From NCBI GenBank assembly GCA_036734085.1, contig DAIMZF010000002.1, positions 20,404 through 84,403 on the forward strand: a stretch of DNA of 64,000 bases, written 5' to 3'. Below, piece after piece: positions 46,936-56,712 of the stretch. This stretch comes from Aggregatilineales bacterium. GTDB lineage: Bacteria; Chloroflexota; Anaerolineae; Aggregatilineales; Phototrophicaceae. The position numbers and the translations under genes are program-made. Below the pieces are notes generated by a model that was given only the letters and a program-made list of their open reading frames with translations, was not told the origin of the DNA and searched no databases. The stretch's first letter is position 1. Each line of letters begins with the position of its first letter.

Positions 46936-49059
46936 CTATTGCGCTTCTGTCTGTACGGTGATGTTATCCAAAAAGAGTCGCGTCCCGCGTGGTTGGCCTT
47001 CTGCCAGCACATCCAGACGAATTTCGCTTGTATCCTGATACGCCCCGATAGACACATAATACACGCCATCCGGCAATGAGGGCGGCAACTGTACGCCTGT
47101 AGCCTGTACGACAATATCTCTATCCCGCAAAAAGCGCGGATTTACATAGGTAATATCCGTGTTGGCGGCGGGGCTGGTGCTGGGGTCATACAGAATATGC
47201 GTGAATAACCGTAAATCCGGAGGTACACGTCCTTGTATACGCCAATAGGACACAACAGCAAATTGCTGGTTGGGTTGATAAGTCTCTGATTCTGATGTGG
47301 TGTAACCGAGCAACGTCAGATTCCCACCAAAGCTAATGGGTGTATTCATACGCTCCGTTAAGCTCCCGCCGACTTCCGGCGCATAGCTGATGGTCTCGCC
47401 TGTGGTTAGCTGGCCGCCCCAATCCGCCAGGGCTTGCTCTACGTTCATCATCAAGACACTATCGGGCGGCAAATCCATCCGTTGCAGGGGAACGCCCATC
47501 GTTAGCCAGCGCAGAATAGCCGGGTGTACTTGCGCTAACATATTTGGGTTTGGGATGATAACTTGTTGCTGTGCGCCGCCATTGGTTAGCACTAGCCCGT
47601 TACGGCAATCTGCATAACGCAGGTTCTCCCGCGCATTGGTGTTGAGCAACAGCGCGATGAACTGCGCTTCCGTCAGGCGACGGCTACCGGGAGATTGGTC
47701 TGCACGCCAACCACAAATCACCGTTGGGGTGTCATGGGCGGTGCGGTCAATATAGGCGGCTAGCTGGCTAAGTGGGCTGTTGTGCGCGGTCTGTACGTCC
47801 GGGTGTGCCCGCCATTGACTGAGTTCGTTTGTCGTCCACGAGACATTGAACACCAACAAAGTGAGCAGTGCAAACTCTCCTGCGCGTTTGCCGAACTTAG
47901 GCAGATTATCATACAACGCAGTCGTGCCAACGCCGAAGAAAAGCGCCAGCAATGGGAGCATTGCCGCGTAATTATCAAAGTTGGGCGCGTTGGCGGAAAA
48001 TAAAAATGTCGGGCTGATGACCAACGCGGCCACCAGTAATAGCGTATAACGTGTCTCCCGTGCTTTTGAAATTGCCCAACCTACACCGCCCAATAGTAAT
48101 AATGCGCTGAATGGGTCGAACAATGGGCGCTGGGGGAGGTTGCGGGTGGGGTTTTCATCACCTGTGAAGATAAGACCGCTTAAACTGTTCAGTGTATCCT
48201 GCGGAGTATAGTTGGTGGTATTTTCGCCTGCAAATCTCTGGAAGCCACTTGTGGCCGGGCTACGAAGTGTGGAAATAATGTATGGCACACTAAACACCAC
48301 GACGATAAACGCCATCAGTGTGAGATAGCTATTACGCCGACGTGAAACCTGTAAGGGTGCGCCGCGCCGCACGCGGAGCATATATCCGATGAATCCCAGG
48401 CTAAAAATCAGTACCAGTAAGCCCGCCGGATGAATATAAATACCAATGCCTAAGCAGATGCCCAGCGCGGTGGCTGCTCCGGTCATGTTACCGCGCCGCC
48501 ACCGCCGCCGATACACGGGTAAAATCTGCGTGAGTAGCACAAGCGCGGTTGCGACCAGTAGCGGTAAAGCAACATTTGGCGTAATTTGTCGAGATAGTAG
48601 CACAGGCCAGAAGCTAACCGCTATCAATCCGGCGGCACACACCGCGCCGAAGTAGCCGAGTAACCGTCTTCCGGCGGCATAAGTCATGGCAACGGTGAGC
48701 AACCCCAACCACACAGAAACCATCCGGTAAGTGAGCGACCCCGTGCCGATAACGCCTGTGGTGATAGCTTGTACGCTATGGTATAGCCCTTCACGCCCGA
48801 TAACCACATCTTGGCCGCCGATGTCATAAAATATCTCGATATTCCCGGCGCGGATGGTCTCGATAAGGCGAATGTTAATCATCTCATCCGTATGGAAGCC
48901 ACTGGGCAGGGTGCTTAAATCCCATACACGCAGGCTCGCCGCGATGATGAGCAGTGTGATTGCGATGAGAAAACTAACGCGATTTGATAAAATGGTGAAA
49001 TACCTTTCATCTGCCTTAAAAGACCCCCACAGGATAACGTAGCGCGGGCAGGGCGTCAA
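46936..49059 (-). CDS. GT-C fold glycosyltransferase (GT39/ArnT-PMT_2-like) with a C-terminal extracytoplasmic domain
   Basis: 707-aa polytopic ORF. The first-loop motif FHTDEM (a DE motif) follows TM1, then about 10 further hydrophobic helices and a ~230-aa soluble C-terminus. The TTG start is uncertain. Confidence 0.65.
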   Translation of the reverse strand: MTPCPRYVILWGSFKADERYFTILSNRVSFLIAITLLIIAASLRVWDLSTLPSGFHTDEMINIRLIETIRAGNIEIFYDIGGQDVVIGREGLYHSVQAITTGVIGTGSLTYRMVSVWLGLLTVAMTYAAGRRLLGYFGAVCAAGLIAVSFWPVLLSRQITPNVALPLLVATALVLLTQILPVYRRRWRRGNMTGAATALGICLGIGIYIHPAGLLVLIFSLGFIGYMLRVRRGAPLQVSRRRNSYLTLMAFIVVVFSVPYIISTLRSPATSGFQRFAGENTTNYTPQDTLNSLSGLIFTGDENPTRNLPQRPLFDPFSALLLLGGVGWAISKARETRYTLLLVAALVISPTFLFSANAPNFDNYAAMLPLLALFFGVGTTALYDNLPKFGKRAGEFALLTLLVFNVSWTTNELSQWRAHPDVQTAHNSPLSQLAAYIDRTAHDTPTVICGWRADQSPGSRRLTEAQFIALLLNTNARENLRYADCRNGLVLTNGGAQQQVIIPNPNMLAQVHPAILRWLTMGVPLQRMDLPPDSVLMMNVEQALADWGGQLTTGETISYAPEVGGSLTERMNTPISFGGNLTLLGYTTSESETYQPNQQFAVVSYWRIQGRVPPDLRLFTHILYDPSTSPAANTDITYVNPRFLRDRDIVVQATGVQLPPSLPDGVYYVSIGAYQDTSEIRLDVLAEGQPRGTRLFLDNITVQTEAQ

Positions 49060-49068
49060 TGCGAGTTG

Positions 49069-49578
49069 TTACAGCGACCCCGCCCACGCGCTAAAGCCCA
49101 ATACCAGCACGCCGAGCGCGGTGTTTAACCACGTCAGGCGGATCTCGCGGCGGCGCAGGCGTTGCCATGTGGCCTTATCCTCTTTGTCGCGCTCTAACAG
49201 AAGGCTGGTACGTTCCAGAGCAGGGGCGATACCATATTGCAGAATCGCGCCACAGAGCACCATCCCAATGATGGCGATATGCTTTACGAAGATAACCACA
49301 CTCCACTGATTGCTGAAATCCAGAAAACCCTGATAGTTCTCATTAAGTGACATTTGAACCAAACCGGTAAAGACCAGTACGACAAGGCTTAAGTTGGCAT
49401 ACGGCGCGAAGCGCCGACGCAGGCGTGTAAGCAACGTATAAAGCGCGGGCGATTCCTGCAAAGTGCGTTTGGCTTCCGGCCAGATTAAAATGGTTGTGAT
49501 GATGAGGCCGCCCACCCATACCGCCGTCGCCAGCAGATGAAAGAACAGGCTAATCGCAAGGATTGTACTCTGGGGCAT
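49069..49578 (-). CDS. CopD-like small membrane protein
   Basis: Start set to the Met of MPQSTILAISLFFHLLATAVWVGG, which removes most of the overlap with the upstream gene. Four hydrophobic helices. The family call is tentative. Confidence 0.35.
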   Translation of the reverse strand: MPQSTILAISLFFHLLATAVWVGGLIITTILIWPEAKRTLQESPALYTLLTRLRRRFAPYANLSLVVLVFTGLVQMSLNENYQGFLDFSNQWSVVIFVKHIAIIGMVLCGAILQYGIAPALERTSLLLERDKEDKATWQRLRRREIRLTWLNTALGVLVLGFSAWAGSL

Positions 49579-50779
49579 AAGCGGATTCCCTATCATCACG
49601 GGCGGGTAGCACTGCATCCCCGCAGAATTTGGGCATTTGCGCCAAACCTGCAAAGACTGGACGGATGCGGCCCGTCTGCGGGTCATTGAGCGACCACCAA
49701 AATTCCTCGTTTTCTGGCGTCCACACCGGGTTAGCAAGGAAGATAGCCGACATCAACCCGACCCAAGGCCGCCAATTCTGCGCCGCATATTCATACGCCG
49801 CGACCAGATACTCCCGTTGTGTCTGCTCATCAACGGCGTGCCATTGATAGTCCGGGTTTTGCTGGTCGGTGGTATATCCAACCTCTAAAATCGCCATCTG
49901 ACGGGCGGCATCCCCGTTACGAATCATGATTTTACGCAGGTCTTCCACCCGGCGGAAGGTCGCCCAGCGCCCGCGTCCATCGCGCTCGGCGTCATCCGGC
50001 CCATAGGAAGGGGGTACACCCCAACCAGGTGCATTAACACCCACAACATCCACGTAAGCCTGAAAACCATGATCATACATCGTCTGCAAGTATATATCGT
50101 CCCGGTGCGCGTTATCATCGTGTGTGCCAGTGGGGGAAAGCCCGGCAGAAATAATAATGGCTTGCGGGTCTGCTGTGCGGATGGCTTCGCTACAACCCTG
50201 TAGCAAATCTACATAAGCCGCCGCATCCGGCGGTGCGCCGCCCCATTCCCGCGTGAGGTTCGGCTCATTCCAGACCTGATACGCCATAATGCGTCCGCGA
50301 TACCGCTCTGCCAGGATGCCGCAATAGTTCGCAAAATCTGCATAATCATCCGGCGGTGCATCGACAAAATCACCCGTAACCGTGCCAGACCTTGCCCATG
50401 CTGGGGCATTGGTCAGCCGGGCAACAAGTTCAACATTCCGCGCTTCTGCCAGGCTGACAATCTCATCTGCTAGGCTGAAATCCCACACACCACGCGCTGT
50501 TTCTAAGTCTTCCCACGCAAAGGTCTGCTTGGCATGGGTGAACCCTAACAGGCGCACCCAATCCAGATGCAACCCGGCGGTGATGGCTGTATCCCACCAG
50601 ACAAAGGTCTGCACGCTATAGGTGAGGGGGGGGAAGGGCGGGTTGATGATGGCATGGGCGGCGAAGGGGTCTTCTTCACGGCTGGTAAGCGCGATATAAG
50701 CATAACCACCCACAACGATTGTTAGAATCAGCAAGGCCAGAGCAAACGCCCTGACCTTGCCCCTAAAAAATTGTCTCAT
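49550..50779 (-). CDS. Membrane-anchored clan GH-A-like glycoside hydrolase (paralogue 1)
   Basis: 409-aa ORF with an N-terminal TM helix, YQVWNEPNLTREW (acid/base NEP) and AILEVGY (candidate nucleophile Glu). Confidence 0.65.
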   Translation of the reverse strand: MRQFFRGKVRAFALALLILTIVVGGYAYIALTSREEDPFAAHAIINPPFPPLTYSVQTFVWWDTAITAGLHLDWVRLLGFTHAKQTFAWEDLETARGVWDFSLADEIVSLAEARNVELVARLTNAPAWARSGTVTGDFVDAPPDDYADFANYCGILAERYRGRIMAYQVWNEPNLTREWGGAPPDAAAYVDLLQGCSEAIRTADPQAIIISAGLSPTGTHDDNAHRDDIYLQTMYDHGFQAYVDVVGVNAPGWGVPPSYGPDDAERDGRGRWATFRRVEDLRKIMIRNGDAARQMAILEVGYTTDQQNPDYQWHAVDEQTQREYLVAAYEYAAQNWRPWVGLMSAIFLANPVWTPENEEFWWSLNDPQTGRIRPVFAGLAQMPKFCGDAVLPARDDRESAYAPEYNPCD

Positions 50780-50781
50780 AT

Positions 50782-52191
50782 TTAGTTTCCGGCGCGGTCT
50801 GCTACCCAGTCGCGCACAGCTTCATAGGCAGGACGTTTGCTGTAATCCGGGCTGATAAGCGAATAGGGCACATTGTCGCTCTCGGTACTCCATCCTGCTT
50901 GCGGCGCATAGTTTAAGTTCCAGATGACGGCAATCCATACATAGCCCCATTCTTCCATCAGGTCAAGGGCTTGGATGGTATAATCGCGCTGGTTGGCGAG
51001 TGTATTGTCCACCGCGAATTCAAAGTTCTCCGGGTAGCCGTCTAATTCTTCTACAGACGCCCAGCCAAACTCCGTAATACATAGCTTCATGTCTGGGCGG
51101 CCTGCAACTGCGATTTTGTTGTAATAGGTTTCCAGCGTACTGCGGAAGCTCCAACTATGGTGAGGGTTATCAAACGGCCCACGAAAGAGCGCGGTGGGGT
51201 TGGGCGGAATTTCGTTCCAACGGTATAACGGTGAAACATTATAACCATTGTGATGCACGCCGAAGCAGTCGATGTAATTGAGGACACCGGCGGCAATCAT
51301 CTGGTCTACATAGTCAAAGTCGTTCATGGCACGCAAGACGCCCGCGCCATCTACAAAGCCCCCAGTAGGGGAAGGCGCACCGCTAATAACGATGATGCCC
51401 GGGTCTACGTTTTTGATAGCCTGCGAAGCGACACGGACTAAGTTCACGAAGTTAGCCGCGCTCACGCCTTGGTTGGACATCCATTCGCGGTCAATATTCG
51501 GCTCATTCCAGACTTCAATCGCATGGATTTGCCCAGGATAACGTTGCAACATCAGCGTAAGGAAGTTCACAAAATCCTGATAGTTGGCAGGCGGGCCTTC
51601 GGATTCAAGGTCTACGCCCGGCTCACGCGCCCAATCTGGTGAGGCAACGACGGACAGTACGACGTTCATGCCGAACTCGTTAGCAATCGGCAAGGTCAGG
51701 TCGAGTGAACTCCAATCATACACACCCCGTTGTGGTTCAATCTCATCCCAGCGGGTTTGTTGTTTATACCAGTTCAGGTTCATATCTGCGACATCATTCA
51801 TCCATGCACGTTGAATGCCCTCATCACCGCCGATGGTGCGCTGAACCTGGATGGCTACAATGAATTCATCGCTGGTGTTCACGGGGAGTGGTGTCGGTGC
51901 GGCGGCAGGGGGTTGGGCGGCGAAGTCCGATAGGGAAATGGTCGCTATCGGTGATGCCTGTGCCACTTCCGGCGCGCTGAAGACCTGTGCGGCGGCGTCC
52001 TGATTATTATTGGGTGCTTCGCGTTCTGGTAACGTTACATCGGAGCTACTGGCGGCTAATGCCGGGTTACTCTCTGCATCATAGGTTAAATAGATGGCAA
52101 AGAAAACCATCATGCCGATCAAAAATGTAACGAACGTCCATACAAATGCAAAGCTACGTATCTGGTTATTCATGGTTGATTTTGAGGCCAT
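50782..52191 (-). CDS. Membrane-anchored clan GH-A-like glycoside hydrolase (paralogue 2)
   Basis: 469-aa ORF with a TM helix, an Ala/Pro-rich linker, IEVWNEPNIDREW and LCITEFGW. Confidence 0.65.
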   Translation of the reverse strand: MASKSTMNNQIRSFAFVWTFVTFLIGMMVFFAIYLTYDAESNPALAASSSDVTLPEREAPNNNQDAAAQVFSAPEVAQASPIATISLSDFAAQPPAAAPTPLPVNTSDEFIVAIQVQRTIGGDEGIQRAWMNDVADMNLNWYKQQTRWDEIEPQRGVYDWSSLDLTLPIANEFGMNVVLSVVASPDWAREPGVDLESEGPPANYQDFVNFLTLMLQRYPGQIHAIEVWNEPNIDREWMSNQGVSAANFVNLVRVASQAIKNVDPGIIVISGAPSPTGGFVDGAGVLRAMNDFDYVDQMIAAGVLNYIDCFGVHHNGYNVSPLYRWNEIPPNPTALFRGPFDNPHHSWSFRSTLETYYNKIAVAGRPDMKLCITEFGWASVEELDGYPENFEFAVDNTLANQRDYTIQALDLMEEWGYVWIAVIWNLNYAPQAGWSTESDNVPYSLISPDYSKRPAYEAVRDWVADRAGN

Positions 52192-52230
52192 AATCTCTTA
52201 TATCACTCCTTATTATTCGATGTTGACTAC

Positions 52231-55200
52231 CTAGCGCGCTCCGGCAATTGTCGCGCAAGCCGGGCAACTCCCATCTGGCCGGATTATAGCATATCCGCCC
52301 ATTGGGTCACTATCATAACGGGTAAAGTCGATATTCCACACAATGACCATGCGTACATAGCCTAGTTGGGAAGCATAACTGATGGCCTCCGCAAGATAGG
52401 CAGAATGGCGGGCATTGTTCATGCTACTCGCCCACGCAAACGACAATGGAAGCGAGCCGAACCCCTCCGGCGACAGATACCCTAACTCCGTGATGCACAT
52501 AGGCCGCCGTCCGCCTGTGATGGCATTATAACGATTTAATAAGCTGGGCAGATAGCGTGTGTAATAGTTATCGCCGCGTGGGTCGCCACTGGTGGCTGTG
52601 GGCGAGACAACGCCCTCATTGTAATGAACGCCCAGGCAATCCATAAAGTTCAACGCGCCCGCGTTGACCATCTCCGTGAGGAACACATCATCATTGACCA
52701 CATCACCCGGAAACGCCGCCTGAGCGCCGGTAGGGGCAGGTGCGCCGCTAATGACAATCACATTGGGGTTCACGGATTTTATCGCGTTGAAGGTTTGAGC
52801 CAGTAATGCGGTGTAGTTCGCGCCACTGATGGCCCCACTCGGCCATTCGCGCCCAAGATTTGGCTCGTTCCATACTTCGATGGCGTCCGCGCCCAGCGCC
52901 GCGACACCTGCCGCAAAATCCGCGAAGCCGCGTATATACCCCTCACCGCCATTGATGACATCACGCGGATTGCCCACCAAACCGATGAGCGTTTTAAACC
53001 CATTGCGCCGTCCGGACTCAATCTGCCGTCGGGCGTTATCAAGGTTAGCATTGGGGCTGTAGCGCACCTGCACCTTAATCCATTGCATCCCGGCGGAGCG
53101 CATCGCGTTGATAGCGCGTTCGTTGCCCATATCTGTGACATGCCCACCATACTCAAACCCACTGAGGTTGATGCTTCCTGCCACTGGGTTGCCCGGCGCG
53201 CCGAACAGCGCCAATGGGGTAACTCCCACGACGCCCGGCCCGGTGTTATCCGCAGTGGGGATAACTGGAATCAGCGTTGGCGTGAGTGTTGCGGGTGGGC
53301 GCTGGGTGGCAAACGGTAGCGGCGTGGGTGGATTGGTTGGTGCGGCCAGGGCGACAGCCACACTATCGCGCCTCCCGACGTTCTCCCCGTCGATGACCTC
53401 TACATTGACCGCGTAATTCCCGACAGGGGCTTGCAGAGTTACCACGATTTCGTCATTAAACCCGGTGATGAGTTCACTCACAAGGCCTTCCGCGCCTTCA
53501 ATACGCCAGCGCAGGCGTAAATCCTGAGTGATGAGTGTATCTTGAGGCAATTGGGCGCGGTAGCTGAGGATTTCTTCTGCGATGCCTTCGGCTAAATCCG
53601 GCTGGAGCAGGTCGTTAAACGCGATACCGCCGATGCCGAACATACTCAGGCTATCCAGCCGGAATCGTAAGGCGCGGCGTGTCGTCAGCCACACCCGCGA
53701 TTCAAGCGCGCCATTCGCATTGAAGTAATCAATAAATGGCGTTTGGATAATCTCATCGTTGCCCGGTAGCGCATTCAGCCCATCCAGCCGAAAGCGAATC
53801 TCACTGCCGGGCAAAAGGTTATTAAGCGCGTTGTTATCGCTGGCGTTCACACGGAGCGCACCGAGTGCGCCCAGTGCTTCCCCATAACCTACAAGAGAGA
53901 ACACGCCGTCGCGCTCTCGCGTGGATTGTGCGGGTAACAATACAATCAGCTTGTAACGTTCAACCGCACTGACCGCCCACCGGAGCATCGCTTCTGTATA
54001 GCGGTCTGCACCGGGCGTAAAGAGTGTGGGGTCAAGGGCATGGTTAATTTGCAGATAGTCCGCAGATTGACCGATTTCACGCCAATCATACGCGCCTGTT
54101 TCCCAACGGCCTTCGATATTCTGCGGGGCGGGCAGGACGACGCCTAGCCGTGCCCCGATGTTATCTAGGGCTGACCCCAACGCCTGCACAAACGCGCTGA
54201 AGCTCTCGCGCTGTTCTGCAGGGATGTCCTGATAGTCGATGAACACGCCTGTGTATCCGCCTGCGCCTGTAAATGCCACAATTTGCTGGATGTGGTCGCG
54301 TCGCAGGGCGTCATCATTGAGCAGACGCACAATAGTATCACTATCTATCAACGTTGCATCATTAGCGCGTGGGTCTTGATAATTACGGATAACAGGCATC
54401 ACTCGGTAGCCTGCGCCACTGTCGAAGCCGGGTGCTAAATTCCCGGTGAGCGTTTGTCCATCCCCGCCGGGTAGCACCGGGCGCATCCCCACAGGGGTGA
54501 CTATCGTTACCACCTGTCGCACGTCCGGACTGATGCTCTGGTTAAACCCCAGTCGCGTGATGACCGTCGGCTCTGGCGCCTCGGCGCGGAACAAAGCCAC
54601 GCCGTCCAGCAGGGCGTTCGTCCGCACGGTGATTTGCCGCCCATCTGCGCTAAGGCTGAAAGGCAGAAAACGCCATTGCCCGGCGTCATTATCCCAGCCG
54701 TATACATCCAGCAAATCGCGCGTTTGGGCGGGTTGTTCCAGGTTAAACGACAGCAGGACAGTTTCCGGCGGTGTGCCCTGTGCGCTGATGATGTACAGTG
54801 AAGTCTCTGGTGTGAGATAGGTGTGCAGGCGGTCATGCGCACGCGGAACCCAATCGGCGGCACGGGTATTTCCATCGGCCAGTTCTTCCCGGCTGACGAC
54901 ATCCAGTGCCACCGCAAAGCGCCCTGCTGTAAGGTCTTGCGGCTCTGCGCTGATTGTAAATTCCGGCTCGCTGGTCAGTGCGCCTAGTCGCTCAACGGCA
55001 CGCATCACGGCGATAGCGTTATTTTCCGGTGAAAGGGTGGTGTAGGTCTTGCCAGGGGTAAAAATACCTAACTGCCATGCCGCACCCGCACTGATGAGCG
55101 CAACCAGCAGGACGCCCACGCCTAACCAACAGCCTAGTCTGCCGCGTTTTTTTACCTGTTGTGCTTCGCCGGGATAGGTGTGATAAGGCTGGGGTTGATT

Positions 55201-55239
55201 CTTTGGATTGGGCATTCCTTTGCCTTGAGTCTCTCTCAT
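52231..55239 (-). CDS. Membrane-anchored 1002-aa protein: large N-terminal region plus a C-terminal clan GH-A-like domain (paralogue 3)
   Basis: It has a TM helix. The mid region contains a GH18-like strand, GGYTGVFIDYQDI (54223-54249), with Gln where the catalytic Glu is expected. A Pro-rich linker follows. The C-terminus has IEVWNEPNLGREW and MCITELGY, clearly paralogous to the 55288-56610 product. Confidence 0.65.
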   Translation of the reverse strand: MRETQGKGMPNPKNQPQPYHTYPGEAQQVKKRGRLGCWLGVGVLLVALISAGAAWQLGIFTPGKTYTTLSPENNAIAVMRAVERLGALTSEPEFTISAEPQDLTAGRFAVALDVVSREELADGNTRAADWVPRAHDRLHTYLTPETSLYIISAQGTPPETVLLSFNLEQPAQTRDLLDVYGWDNDAGQWRFLPFSLSADGRQITVRTNALLDGVALFRAEAPEPTVITRLGFNQSISPDVRQVVTIVTPVGMRPVLPGGDGQTLTGNLAPGFDSGAGYRVMPVIRNYQDPRANDATLIDSDTIVRLLNDDALRRDHIQQIVAFTGAGGYTGVFIDYQDIPAEQRESFSAFVQALGSALDNIGARLGVVLPAPQNIEGRWETGAYDWREIGQSADYLQINHALDPTLFTPGADRYTEAMLRWAVSAVERYKLIVLLPAQSTRERDGVFSLVGYGEALGALGALRVNASDNNALNNLLPGSEIRFRLDGLNALPGNDEIIQTPFIDYFNANGALESRVWLTTRRALRFRLDSLSMFGIGGIAFNDLLQPDLAEGIAEEILSYRAQLPQDTLITQDLRLRWRIEGAEGLVSELITGFNDEIVVTLQAPVGNYAVNVEVIDGENVGRRDSVAVALAAPTNPPTPLPFATQRPPATLTPTLIPVIPTADNTGPGVVGVTPLALFGAPGNPVAGSINLSGFEYGGHVTDMGNERAINAMRSAGMQWIKVQVRYSPNANLDNARRQIESGRRNGFKTLIGLVGNPRDVINGGEGYIRGFADFAAGVAALGADAIEVWNEPNLGREWPSGAISGANYTALLAQTFNAIKSVNPNVIVISGAPAPTGAQAAFPGDVVNDDVFLTEMVNAGALNFMDCLGVHYNEGVVSPTATSGDPRGDNYYTRYLPSLLNRYNAITGGRRPMCITELGYLSPEGFGSLPLSFAWASSMNNARHSAYLAEAISYASQLGYVRMVIVWNIDFTRYDSDPMGGYAIIRPDGSCPACATIAGAR

Positions 55240-55287
55240 TAAAACGCGCCCCAGTATATAACGGGGCGCGTACCTTGCAAAGATGAT

Positions 55288-56610
55288 TTAGCGGTTTGCC
55301 AGCGCATCACAGGCTGGGCAGACGTTGCCCGGTCGGATCATCGCATAACCCGCCATCGGGTCTGCGCCGTAATTGCTGAAGTTAATGTTCCACACGATGA
55401 GCAAGCGCACCCGCCCGGAGCGTTGGGCGTAGTTCACCGCGCCTGCTAACCACGAGGCTTGTTGTGCCACTGTGACGTTAGACGCCCAACCGAAATTAGG
55501 TGACAAAGGCCCGAAGCCTTCCGGCGTTAAGTAGCCTAGTTCCGTGAAGCATAGCGGTCTGCGTCCGCCGAAGGCATTATGATACACGTCAATCATGCCG
55601 GGCAGATAGCGCGTGTAATAGTTATCGCCGCGTGGGTCGCCACTGCGGGCGGTAGGCGGGACGATGCCTTCGTTGTAATGCACGCCGATGCAATCCATAT
55701 AATTTGCCGCACCCGCATTCGCCATACCCCGAATAAAATTATCGTCGTTCATCACCCGTCCGGGAAAAGCCGCTTCCGCGCCGGTGGGGGCAGGTGCGGC
55801 ACTGATAACCATTGTGGATGAATTCGCGGCTTTGATAGCGTTATAAGAGACGCGCAAAAGCTCAGTATAGCGCACCGGGTCAATCTGTCCGGCAGGCCAT
55901 TCATGGTCGATATTTGGCTCGTTCCACACTTCGATCGCATCTGCGCCGAGTGCGGCTAGTTGTGCTACAAAGCCCGCGTAACGGTCAAAATAACCGGGAT
56001 TGTTGATGTCGTTGCGGTTACCCACTACACCCAGCAAGATGTTAAAACCGTTGTTGTGTGCAATGTTGATCCAGTCCGCATACCCCCCTACGCCTTGCCC
56101 ATCCGAGTAGCGCACTTGCTTCTTAATCCATGTCATGCCGGAATAGCGCATAAAGTCAAACGCACTGGATTCAAACCCTGCCATGTGTCCGCCATAAGCA
56201 AAGCCGCGTGTATTCGCTGTGCTGGCGGCTGACTGCCCACCTGTGTTGGCGGCGGGACGCGGTGCGCCTTGTGGCGGCGCCAGGTTGAACGGTGCGCTGG
56301 GGGAGACAATGGGTAAGGCGCTGATTTGCCCGATGGTTAAGCCTGTTGGTCCGTTGACCATCCAGCCGACAAAGCTGTTATCCGTGATGCCGCGTACCCA
56401 TTCACCGCTTTCTGTGCGGCCATCAATCCTAAAAGCTGTGCCAGCACGGACGAGCGTTATCAGTTCCGCATCGGCACTTGGTTGTGCCCGTAGGTTCACG
56501 TTCTGCGTGATGCTGACATCCACACCGGATTGGGCGGCTACCGGCCAAACGCCGATGATTCCCAACAGCACCACGATGATGAGAAAGAATCTTTTTTGTA
56601 TCACGGTCAA
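55288..56610 (-). CDS. Secreted SH3b-domain clan GH-A-like glycoside hydrolase (paralogue 4)
   Basis: 440-aa ORF with a signal peptide, an SH3b-like region (VNLRAQPSADAELITLVRAGTAFRIDG...GWM), IEVWNEPNIDHEW and LCFTELGY. Confidence 0.7.
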   Translation of the reverse strand: MTVIQKRFFLIIVVLLGIIGVWPVAAQSGVDVSITQNVNLRAQPSADAELITLVRAGTAFRIDGRTESGEWVRGITDNSFVGWMVNGPTGLTIGQISALPIVSPSAPFNLAPPQGAPRPAANTGGQSAASTANTRGFAYGGHMAGFESSAFDFMRYSGMTWIKKQVRYSDGQGVGGYADWINIAHNNGFNILLGVVGNRNDINNPGYFDRYAGFVAQLAALGADAIEVWNEPNIDHEWPAGQIDPVRYTELLRVSYNAIKAANSSTMVISAAPAPTGAEAAFPGRVMNDDNFIRGMANAGAANYMDCIGVHYNEGIVPPTARSGDPRGDNYYTRYLPGMIDVYHNAFGGRRPLCFTELGYLTPEGFGPLSPNFGWASNVTVAQQASWLAGAVNYAQRSGRVRLLIVWNINFSNYGADPMAGYAMIRPGNVCPACDALANR

Positions 56611-56712
56611 CTCCCAGTCTCATATTTTCTTAATGCTTTTATGCCGATTGTATCAAACGCTGATAACGGACGCAATTGACGCCTAGCCTACGTTTCCGTT
56701 ACACTTCTGCGT

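Noticed and set aside
56219-56686. 155-aa plus-strand ORF overlapping the 5' end of the SH3b-GH gene and the intergenic region.
   Set aside because: It is antisense to a gene with clear signal peptide, SH3b and GH motifs. It has no SD and a low-complexity Ala/Pro/Gly composition.
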